Origin: Rhodospirillales bacterium RIFCSPLOWO2_02_FULL_58_16
Lineage (GTDB): Bacteria > Pseudomonadota > Alphaproteobacteria > Rhodospirillales > 2-02-FULL-58-16
Direction of reading: 5' to 3'
DNA: 58,608 nt
NCBI GenBank assembly: GCA_001830425.1
Contig: MIAA01000016.1
Location: forward strand, 104,055-162,662
Made by a program: the position numbers and the translations under genes. Shown here piece after piece: positions 9,539-17,538 of the stretch; position 1 is the first letter of the stretch, and each line of letters starts with the position of its first letter. Under the pieces are notes generated by a model. That model saw only the letters and a list, made by a program, of their open reading frames with translations, did no database searches and was not told the DNA's origin.

Positions 9539-9660
9539 TGAATCGGGAAAAACTGACCGCCGTCTTGCTTTGGCTTTGGCTGGGGATCGCCTTCGGCGCC
9601 TATCTTTTTCAGTACAGGGACATGGCCGGTCCGCTTCTCAAACTTTTAGGGCTGATCTGA
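9535..9660 (+). CDS. Small (41 aa) single-pass membrane peptide, unannotated in the ORF track as such
   Basis: It translates as MMNREKLTAVLLWLWLGIAFGAYLFQYRDMAGPLLKLLGLI, with one clear hydrophobic helix. Its ATG overlaps the GT2 stop (ATGATG at 9535-9540). Its TGA overlaps the ATG of the next gene (TGATG at 9658-9662). Confidence 0.5.
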   Translation: MMNREKLTAVLLWLWLGIAFGAYLFQYRDMAGPLLKLLGLI

Positions 9661-11546
9661 TGGCCTTCGGCGTCATTACGCTTGAGATATTGTGTTGCCT
9701 GGGGCTGGGCGCCGTTGTCTTGAAGCTGCTTAGAATCGGTGATGAGTTTACGCCCGGCGAACATGCCGCCTTCGCCTTCGTCGCCGGCTTCGGCATGTTG
9801 GGCTGGCTGATCTTTCCGCTGGGTCTTTTGGGGTTACTGGACAAAGGTTGGTTGTTCGGTCTGCTGATCGCCGGCTCATCGGGCATTATTTTATTAAAGC
9901 AAAAAGGATTGCCCCGACCGACCGGCCGTCTCGACGGCGTCGGCCGGGGATTGTCGGCGCTGATTCTGACGGCATTGCTTTTTGACCTGGCTGAAGGCCT
10001 TTCCCCGCCGGGAGATGCCGACTCCCTGGCCTATCATTTTACGGCGGTCAAACATTTCCTCGAAGCGGGACGGATTGTCTTTATTCTTCGTCCCGGCGAC
10101 GGGGCCATTCCCTACCTGACCCAAATGACTTATCTGCCCGCCCTGGCCCTCGGCGGCGAACAAGCCCTGACTTTATGGACCATGGTTTCCGGCTGGGCGG
10201 CGACGGCGTTGCTGTTTGTTCTTTGCCGCCATCACCTCAACCGCAACTGGTCGCTGGCTGTAACACTGATTTTTTTAACAACGCCGGCGATGATTTACGG
10301 CGCCGGAACCGGCCAGATTGAAGCCCGATTAGCCATGTTCGTCATGGTTGCCGCCTGGGCGGCGGCCCGCGCCCTGGAAAGCGGACGCCTGAATTACGCC
10401 ATGCTCGCCGGTCTCGCCGTCGGCTTCTATGGAGGATCGAAATATCTCGGTCTGCTGTTCGCCGTCGCTTGCGGCCTGACCCTTCTCGCGCAACGACGTT
10501 GGTTGATTCATGGCCTTGTTTTCAGCGCCGTCGCCTTGACCGCCGGCTTCCAATGGTACGCCTGGAACGGATTAAATACCGGCGACCCCTTCTTTCCGAT
10601 GTTTTTCCAATGGCTGGGACGGGACGATCTGCTTCTTTGGTCAAAGGAGCAGAATCTTTTCTACCGGCAGGTCTTTATGAATTATGACCGTCCGTTGCCG
10701 CGAACGCTTTTTTGGTTTTTTCTTTTTCCCTTTCAGGCAACTCTTGATTCCCCTTCCATAATTGAAGCCAAATTCGTCGGCCTCGGACCATTCGCGCTTC
10801 TTGTTTTACCCTTCGCCGCGTTGGGAATTTGGAAATTCCGTAGCCGCGTCCTCGGCAGCCGCTTACTGATTTACGGAATCATCGCCTTTCTTTTTTATGC
10901 CCTGTGGTTCTTCAGCGGCCCTTCGCAACGGGTTCGCCACCTGCTGCCGGTCCTGCCCTTGTTGTTGATCTGTCTAACCGTCGCCGCCGAGCGGTTTTCC
11001 TCGCAAGGTCGTTTTCGATGGCCGCTTGCCGCCGCCGTTTCAGCGACCGTTTTATTTCAAATGTCCACAGAAGTCGTTTTCTCGATCAAGTACCTGCGCT
11101 ACGTTATGAGCAACGAGAGTCGTGAATCCTTTCTGTTCCGAAATGTCAAAAACTATGCGCCCGTCCCTTGGATAAACGCCCATCTTTCCAGATCAGACAA
11201 GTTGTTTATCGGCGAACGGCAACTGTTTTATTTTCTTGAAATGCCTTATCTGTTCAGTTCTCCCCACACCCAATCCGCCGTCAACACGCGGGAAGAACAA
11301 CAAGACCCCGCCATCCTGTTCCGGCAATTGAAGGCCGCCGGGATCACCCATGTGCTCGTCGGCCGAAGCAATGATGGAGAAAAAAAACTTTCCCCCCGAT
11401 CCCTTGATCTGTTGAGTCACACAAATTGTCTTGAACTGTTGAACAGGTTTGAGACCCAAGGCATCGGTTCCAGAACATTTTCCGAAACCATGTCTTCCAA
11501 GGCCGCCTTTGACCTTCTTAAACTTAACGCGGATTGCCTCCCGTGA
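9660..11546 (+). CDS. Large polytopic membrane protein, GT-C-like (ArnT/PMT-type) glycosyltransferase candidate
   Basis: 628 aa from MAFGVITLEI. There are many hydrophobic segments, an acidic first-loop motif (SPPGDADSLAYHF) and a soluble C-terminal domain. The Arg-rich 9492-9659 extension in the track looks non-coding. Confidence 0.55.
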   Translation: MAFGVITLEILCCLGLGAVVLKLLRIGDEFTPGEHAAFAFVAGFGMLGWLIFPLGLLGLLDKGWLFGLLIAGSSGIILLKQKGLPRPTGRLDGVGRGLSALILTALLFDLAEGLSPPGDADSLAYHFTAVKHFLEAGRIVFILRPGDGAIPYLTQMTYLPALALGGEQALTLWTMVSGWAATALLFVLCRHHLNRNWSLAVTLIFLTTPAMIYGAGTGQIEARLAMFVMVAAWAAARALESGRLNYAMLAGLAVGFYGGSKYLGLLFAVACGLTLLAQRRWLIHGLVFSAVALTAGFQWYAWNGLNTGDPFFPMFFQWLGRDDLLLWSKEQNLFYRQVFMNYDRPLPRTLFWFFLFPFQATLDSPSIIEAKFVGLGPFALLVLPFAALGIWKFRSRVLGSRLLIYGIIAFLFYALWFFSGPSQRVRHLLPVLPLLLICLTVAAERFSSQGRFRWPLAAAVSATVLFQMSTEVVFSIKYLRYVMSNESRESFLFRNVKNYAPVPWINAHLSRSDKLFIGERQLFYFLEMPYLFSSPHTQSAVNTREEQQDPAILFRQLKAAGITHVLVGRSNDGEKKLSPRSLDLLSHTNCLELLNRFETQGIGSRTFSETMSSKAAFDLLKLNADCLP

Positions 11547-11592
11547 CTAAAAAGTCTAGTAATCAGTTCATTGCCGTCGAAGAGAGCATCCC

Positions 11593-12306
11593 ATGTCCGT
11601 CAAATCCCTGAGCATCGTGATCCCTTGTTACAATGAAGCGCCGACCCTGGAATCCCTGGTCAAGCGGGTTCTTCGCGCTGATTGCTGCGGGATGGAGCCG
11701 AACCTGATCATCGTTGATGACGCCTCCAAAGACGGCTCCCGCGAAAAAGCCGAAGCCCTGGCCGCCGAAGATTCCCGCATTCAAGTGATTTGCCACGAGA
11801 AAAATCAGGGAAAGGGCGCGGCGATGCGCACCGGGTTCGCTGCGGCTCGCGGCGATGTGGTCCTCGTCCAGGACGCCGATCTGGAATATGATCCGGGCGA
11901 ATATCCGAAGCTGCTGCGGCCGATACTCGATGGAAAAGCGGATGTGGTATACGGGTCGCGCTTTCGCGGCGGAGAATGTGTTCGCGTCCTCTATTTCTGG
12001 CACACCGCCGGCAATAAATTTCTGACCTTTTTATCAAACATGTTCACCGATCTCAGCTTTACCGACGTGGAAACCTGTCACAAGGTCTTTCGCCGCGAAG
12101 TCCTGGAAAAAATATCAATCGAGGAGAACCGGTTCGGTTTTGATCCGGAAATCACGGCGAAAATAAGCCGGCTCAAACCGGCGCCCCGGATTTTCGAGGT
12201 AGGCATCGGCTATACGGGCCGCACCTATCAGGAAGGTAAAAAAATCGGCTGGAAAGACGGTTTTCGGGCGATTTTCTGCATACTTCGCTATAATATCTTC
12301 CGCTGA
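11593..12306 (+). CDS. GT2 polyprenyl-phosphate glycosyltransferase (DPM1/GtrB/ArnC-like), lacking C-terminal TM helices
   Basis: LSIVIPCYNEAPTL, IIVDDASKDGS, NQGKGAAMRTG, VQDADLEYDP and VYGSRF match the DPM1/ArnC-type signature. The protein is 237 aa and ends without a hydrophobic segment. Confidence 0.75.
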   Translation: MSVKSLSIVIPCYNEAPTLESLVKRVLRADCCGMEPNLIIVDDASKDGSREKAEALAAEDSRIQVICHEKNQGKGAAMRTGFAAARGDVVLVQDADLEYDPGEYPKLLRPILDGKADVVYGSRFRGGECVRVLYFWHTAGNKFLTFLSNMFTDLSFTDVETCHKVFRREVLEKISIEENRFGFDPEITAKISRLKPAPRIFEVGIGYTGRTYQEGKKIGWKDGFRAIFCILRYNIFR

Positions 12307-12318
12307 CAGATCCCGAGT

Positions 12319-13860
12319 ATGGCGAACGTCCTGTTGATCAATCCGTCCTATGAGCCGTCCTATGGCGGGACCAAGGTCGGCATCATTAATCCCATCCACC
12401 CTACCCTCGGCCTGGCCACCATCGCCGCCGTCGCCAAGCTGCAAGGACACCATGTCGGGATTCTGGATCTTTCCTGGCGACCCTACGATTACCGGCTGAT
12501 CCGCGCCAAAATCCTGGAATCAAAAGCGGATATCGTCGGCATTACCGCCACCACTCCCTTGATGAACCAGCTTCGCGACATCAGCGTGCTGGCAAAGGAT
12601 ATTTCCAAAGACATTAAAGTCGTCGGCGGCGGTCCCCATATTTCCGCTCTTCCCATGGAAACAATGAAAGAATCGATGCTGGACGCCGTTTTCGTCGGCG
12701 AGGCCGATTACTCTTTCGCCGACTACTGCGACGCCTCGAACCCCGCCGACGTTAAGGGAATTTACTATCGATCCGGGGATGAAATCATAAGCACCGGACT
12801 GCGGCCGTTGATCCAGGATCTGGACGATCTGCCCATGCCGGCGTGGGACCTTTATGATACCAACGACTATCACCGCATTTCCCGCATCCTGGTCAAGCGC
12901 CGGCCGGTAACAATCGCCGAATTTTCACGCGGCTGCGTTTTCACATGCGACTTCTGCGCCAGCAAAAACACGACGGGACTGGGATATCGGAAAAAGTCTC
13001 CCGAACGTTGCGCCGAAGAAGTCAAACGCATGAGGGACCTGGGCTTCAGGGAATTCTGGCTGGCCGACGATATTTTCACCTCGGACCAGGACTGGGCGAC
13101 GGCGGTAAGCGAAGCCATCATCAAGGCCGATACCGACATGATCTGGACCTGTCACAACGGCATTCGCGTCGAAAGCGCTGACGATCATATGTTCAAGGTA
13201 ATGAACAAGGCGGGATGTTACCGGGTCAACTTCGGTTTTGAAAGCGGCAACGACGGCATTCTAAAATCATTCGGCAAGGGGGGGCGGGCCTCGATCGAAC
13301 AAGGCCAGATCGCCGTCAACAAGGCGCGCAAGGCGGGCATGGACACCTGCGGATCAATGCTTTTAGGGCTTTCCCATGACACCGAGGAAACGATGATGGA
13401 CACCATCGAATATGCCCGCAGCCTTCCTCTGGATATGATGAAGTTCGGAGTAACCATCGCCTTTCCGGGAACCGCCATGTTCCAGAATTACGCCGATAAG
13501 GGATTGGTCAAGACCTTCAATTGGGACAGTTATTTCTTCTACACCGACGAATCGCTGTTCGCCCATCAATACCTGACTTACGACACGATCCGCAAATACA
13601 TGGATATCGCCTACAAGCGGGCCATTTTCTATAACCCCGCCTTCGCCCTCAGGCGTCTGATCCGGGGCTTCAGAACCGGAGAATTCTTCTGGGACGTTTA
13701 CTACGCCATGAAGTTTTTCATGATGCCGGCGTCGCGCTCGACGCTGATGTCTCAATATTACGCCAAGGACCGCTGGCCGCAGTATGATTTTATAAATAAC
13801 CCGCCCCGAAAAGCCGCCTACCAGAAGGCCAGGAAAGGACCGTCGGAAAATGACCATTAA
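12319..13860 (+). CDS. B12-binding-domain radical SAM enzyme (class B)
   Basis: The N-terminal domain is Rossmann-like (ADIVGITATTPL). The radical SAM cluster motif GCVFTCDFC (CxxxCxxC) reads directly from the translation. 513 aa. Confidence 0.8.
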   Translation: MANVLLINPSYEPSYGGTKVGIINPIHPTLGLATIAAVAKLQGHHVGILDLSWRPYDYRLIRAKILESKADIVGITATTPLMNQLRDISVLAKDISKDIKVVGGGPHISALPMETMKESMLDAVFVGEADYSFADYCDASNPADVKGIYYRSGDEIISTGLRPLIQDLDDLPMPAWDLYDTNDYHRISRILVKRRPVTIAEFSRGCVFTCDFCASKNTTGLGYRKKSPERCAEEVKRMRDLGFREFWLADDIFTSDQDWATAVSEAIIKADTDMIWTCHNGIRVESADDHMFKVMNKAGCYRVNFGFESGNDGILKSFGKGGRASIEQGQIAVNKARKAGMDTCGSMLLGLSHDTEETMMDTIEYARSLPLDMMKFGVTIAFPGTAMFQNYADKGLVKTFNWDSYFFYTDESLFAHQYLTYDTIRKYMDIAYKRAIFYNPAFALRRLIRGFRTGEFFWDVYYAMKFFMMPASRSTLMSQYYAKDRWPQYDFINNPPRKAAYQKARKGPSENDH

Positions 13861-14284
13861 GCCGCCCACCGAAGAAGAAAAGGCCGCTTGGCCTAAAACC
13901 GTCATCGTGCCTATGGAAAAGCCGTTTGCCGACGCACGGGGCGAAATTCAGCCTCTGGTCGATCTGCCCATGGAGAGCGCGGTGCTCATCAGCTCGAAGA
14001 AAGGCACGGTGCGGGCCAACCACTACCACAAGACCGATTGGCATTTTTGCTACGTTATTACAGGGATGATTGAATATCACCATCGTCCGCACGGCGGCGG
14101 CGGGAAACCGGATAAGGTTATCATCAGGCAAGGACAACAGTTTTTCACCCCGCCCCAGGTTGATCACACCATGGTCTTTTTGGAGGACACGGTGTTCCTG
14201 ACGCTGGGCCGCAATTCCCGCCGACAGGAAGTTTACGAGGCCGACATCGAACGCATCGAATTGGTAAGCCCGGCAGCGACATAA
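13850..14284 (+). CDS. Cupin-fold protein (NDP-keto-sugar epimerase/isomerase-like, WbuC/FdtA-like)
   Basis: 144 aa. VRANHYHKTDWHFCYVITG and PPQVDHTMVF are cupin motifs. Its start overlaps the radical SAM stop by 11 nt. Confidence 0.55.
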   Translation: MTIKPPTEEEKAAWPKTVIVPMEKPFADARGEIQPLVDLPMESAVLISSKKGTVRANHYHKTDWHFCYVITGMIEYHHRPHGGGGKPDKVIIRQGQQFFTPPQVDHTMVFLEDTVFLTLGRNSRRQEVYEADIERIELVSPAAT

Positions 14285-14288
14285 TCAC

Positions 14289-15533
14289 TTGAGCGATCTT
14301 TGTCATCGGCGTGAAACTTGCCGTCTGTGCGGTTCCGGCAACCTTGTCCCCGCCTTCAAGCTGACGCCGACGCCCCCCGCCAACGCCTTCGTCACGGCGG
14401 ACAAGCTGAACGAGAAACAGGAATGTTTCCCGCTGGATGTGTTTTTCTGTAACGATTGCGCCCATGTGCAATTGCTTGACGTGGTCGATCCCAAGGCATT
14501 GTTTGAGAACTATGTCTACGTTTCGGGAACCTCGCCGGTCTTTGTCGCTCATTTTTGTGATTATGCCGCCGATCTTCTGAAGCGGTTTGCGCCCTCGCCG
14601 AAAAGCCTGGCGGTGGATATCGGCTCCAATGACGGAACCCTTCTGAAATTCTTCAAGGAAGCGGGAATGCGGGTGCTGGGCATCGACCCGGCCACGGACA
14701 TCGCACGACGCGCCGCCGAAGACGGGATCGAGACGATAGCCGGATTTTTCACCCCGGATCAGGCTTTGCGCATCCGTGAAAAACATGGGCGGGCGGCGAT
14801 AATTACCGCCAACAATGTGTTCGCCCATATCGACGACCTGACGGGCGTCGCCGCCGGCGTCCGGGAACTCCTCGACGATAACGGCGTTTTTTCATTTGAG
14901 GTTTCCTATCTGGCGGATGTCGTCGACAACACCCTGTTTGATATGACCTATCACGAACATCTAGCCTATCATTCGGTAAAACCGCTCAGGCGTTTTTTCA
15001 CGGCCAACGGCATGGAGATGATTGAAGCCCTGCGCACCGACAGCCACGGCGGATCGCTTCGCGGCATCGCCCGACTTAAAAACGGCGGACATCCGGCGGG
15101 AGCGTCGGTCGGCGAAATGATCGCCCTGGAAGAAGAAAAGAAACTGGATCGCGTCGAAACGCTTGTTGATTTCGGCGACAAAATAGAAGAAAAAAAGAGA
15201 GAATTGGGTTCCCTGCTGCGCCGCTTGAAAAGCGACGGAAAAACCATCGCCGGATTCGGAGCGCCCGCCAAAGCCACCACGTTGATGTATCACTTCGGCC
15301 TGGGTCCGGATATTATAGACTTCATCGTCGATGACAGTCCTTTGAAACAAGGCCTTTTTTCGCCGGGATTTCACATTCCGGTTCTTCCTTCGGCGGCTAT
15401 TTATGAACGTAAGCCCGATTATCTGTTGATACTTGCCTGGAACTTCGCCGAACCGATAATAAGCAAACACCAATCATTCTCCCGCGAAGGGGGGCGTTTT
15501 ATCATTCCTCTTCCCGCAATCAGGATCATTTAA
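14289..15533 (+). CDS. NDP-hexose C-methyltransferase (TylC3-like; Zn-ribbon + class I MTase + C-methyltransferase C-domain)
   Basis: N-terminal CRLCGS...FFCNDCAHVQL four-Cys ribbon, followed by the SAM motif AVDIGSNDGTLL. 414 aa. The TTG start at 14289 is uncertain. Confidence 0.75.
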   Translation: MSDLCHRRETCRLCGSGNLVPAFKLTPTPPANAFVTADKLNEKQECFPLDVFFCNDCAHVQLLDVVDPKALFENYVYVSGTSPVFVAHFCDYAADLLKRFAPSPKSLAVDIGSNDGTLLKFFKEAGMRVLGIDPATDIARRAAEDGIETIAGFFTPDQALRIREKHGRAAIITANNVFAHIDDLTGVAAGVRELLDDNGVFSFEVSYLADVVDNTLFDMTYHEHLAYHSVKPLRRFFTANGMEMIEALRTDSHGGSLRGIARLKNGGHPAGASVGEMIALEEEKKLDRVETLVDFGDKIEEKKRELGSLLRRLKSDGKTIAGFGAPAKATTLMYHFGLGPDIIDFIVDDSPLKQGLFSPGFHIPVLPSAAIYERKPDYLLILAWNFAEPIISKHQSFSREGGRFIIPLPAIRII

Positions 15534-15535
15534 AA

Positions 15536-16597
15536 ATGACCGATTTTATCATTCCATCCGATGTCGCCGAAATCGCCGGGAGTCTGGGAGATTCCGCCGA
15601 GGCCTTTACCGGCAAAACCGTCCTGCTGACCGGAGGTCGCGGTTTCCTCGGCCGCTACTTCATGGAAGTCTTTGCCCACCTGAACGACAACGTCCTGAAA
15701 AAACCCTGCCGTTTGATCGTTCTCGACAATTTGATTACCGCCGGCAAGGAAGGTTCCATCATCCCGGATATGCAAAACGTCAAGTTCATCAATCATGATG
15801 TGGCGAAGCCGTTGGAAATAAAGGATAAAATAGACTACGTCATTCATGCCGCCGGCATAGCGAGTCCGTTCTACTATCGCGCCTTCCCGCTGGAAACCCT
15901 CGAAACAGCGGTGGCCGGCGCCAAGAACATGCTGGAGTTGGCCGTTCATAATCAGGCCCGCTTTACATTCTTCAGCTCCAGCGAAATTTATGGCGATCCG
16001 GACCCGAAGCATGTCCCTACATCCGAAAGCTACCGGGGCAATGTATCGTGCCAGGGGCCGCGAGCCTGCTACGATGAAAGCAAACGTCTGGGCGAAACCT
16101 TGTGCCATATTTTCCATGAAATGCACGGCGTCTGCACCAACACCATCCGTCCGTTCAACGTATTCGGGCCGGGCATGCAGGAAACGGATTATCGCGCCAT
16201 GCCCAACTTCGCCAGCCGCATCAAGGCGGACAAACCACTGAGCATCTACGGCTCCGGCGATCAAACCCGCACCTTCTGCTACATCACGGACGCCATGAAC
16301 GGTTTTTTGCGGGTGATAGTTCACGGCGTGCCGGGAGAGGCTTACAATATCGGCAATCCCAAGCCCGAAGTGTCCATGATCGATTTGGCCGGGCGCGTGG
16401 AAAAAGTCATCGGTCGCAAGATTAAATACAATATCATCGAATATCCGGACAGTTATCCTGCCGATGAACCCCAACGCCGTTGCCCCGATATTCGCAAGGC
16501 AACGCTACAAGTCAGGTATGAACCCAAAATAGCCCTGGATGAGGGATTGCGCCGTTTCTTCGCCTGGACTGACGCAACCTATAGCGGAGAGGCGTGA
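15536..16597 (+). CDS. UDP-glucuronate decarboxylase-like (UXS/ArnA C-domain type) extended SDR
   Basis: VLLTGGRGFLGRYF, SSSEIYGDP, YDESKRLGE and YGSGDQTRTFCY motifs. Confidence 0.75.
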   Translation: MTDFIIPSDVAEIAGSLGDSAEAFTGKTVLLTGGRGFLGRYFMEVFAHLNDNVLKKPCRLIVLDNLITAGKEGSIIPDMQNVKFINHDVAKPLEIKDKIDYVIHAAGIASPFYYRAFPLETLETAVAGAKNMLELAVHNQARFTFFSSSEIYGDPDPKHVPTSESYRGNVSCQGPRACYDESKRLGETLCHIFHEMHGVCTNTIRPFNVFGPGMQETDYRAMPNFASRIKADKPLSIYGSGDQTRTFCYITDAMNGFLRVIVHGVPGEAYNIGNPKPEVSMIDLAGRVEKVIGRKIKYNIIEYPDSYPADEPQRRCPDIRKATLQVRYEPKIALDEGLRRFFAWTDATYSGEA

Positions 16598-17538
16598 AAA
16601 TCGTTCGGCTCGGGTTAATCGGCGCCGGCCCCTGGGGCCGCAATTATATTCGCACCATCAGAAAGATGAAGGGGATTCGTCTAGCCGGATTGGCCAGCAG
16701 AAACCCTGAAAGCAGAACCCTGGTCGATAGGGACTGCATAATTTCCGAGGACTGGCGCGAAGTGATCGACGCCGATGACCTGGACGGCGTCATCATCGCT
16801 ACGCCGCCGAACACCCATGCGGAAATAGCAAAAGCGGCGATATCGGCGGGAAGGCCGGTTCTGATTGAAAAGCCGTTGACCGTCGACCTTAGAGAGGCCG
16901 AAGAACTTCTGGCTTTATGCGAGGCCGTCGGCGGCCTGGTCATGGTCGATCACATCCATCTTTTCAGCGCCGCGTGGGAAGCCTTGAAACAAGAAGCATT
17001 AGGCCTCGGACCGATACGCGCCATTGTTTCTCTGGCCGGCAAGCAAGGCCCGTTCCGCGAGAAAACGTCCGTCTTGTGGGATTGGGGGCCTCATGACATC
17101 GCCATGTGCTGCGACCTCCTCGGCCGGCCCCCGGAAGCGATCACGGCAACCAGAACGGAAACCCGTCAACTCAAAGAAGGCGTCGGCGAAACACTGAAAC
17201 TTGACGCTGATTTCGGACAGGGACTTTCCGCCGGGATTGTCATCAGCAACCTGCTTGTTACGAACCGGCGCTATTTTTGCGTATATTTTGATGATTGCGC
17301 CTTGGTCTATGATGATACGTCCGCCGACAAGTTGACGCGCCATTCCCTGCCGGAAGGGGCCAAAGGAACCCTGGGGCCGAAAGAACCGCTGACGGTAAAG
17401 AATGAAGCGCTGTTGAACAGGGTCATCAATAAATTCAGAACCGCCATCGTAACCGGGTCGCGCGATATATCCGGCTTGCGGCTCGGCGTCACCGTTGTCG
17501 ATGTCTTGACCAGGGCGCAACAATCATGTGTGGAATAG
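16594..17538 (+). CDS. Gfo/Idh/MocA-family oxidoreductase
   Basis: LGLIGAGPWGRNY and ATPPNTHAEIAKAAISAGRPVLIEKPL motifs. GTG start in a GTGA overlap with the upstream stop. Confidence 0.8.
   Translation: MKIVRLGLIGAGPWGRNYIRTIRKMKGIRLAGLASRNPESRTLVDRDCIISEDWREVIDADDLDGVIIATPPNTHAEIAKAAISAGRPVLIEKPLTVDLREAEELLALCEAVGGLVMVDHIHLFSAAWEALKQEALGLGPIRAIVSLAGKQGPFREKTSVLWDWGPHDIAMCCDLLGRPPEAITATRTETRQLKEGVGETLKLDADFGQGLSAGIVISNLLVTNRRYFCVYFDDCALVYDDTSADKLTRHSLPEGAKGTLGPKEPLTVKNEALLNRVINKFRTAIVTGSRDISGLRLGVTVVDVLTRAQQSCVE

Noticed and set aside
9492-9659. 56-aa N-terminal extension of the GT-C-like ORF.
   Set aside because: It is Arg-rich and non-membrane-like, and it overlaps the GT2 3' end. The alternative frame gives a clean TM peptide with coupled start and stop, and ATG 9660 begins the hydrophobic protein.
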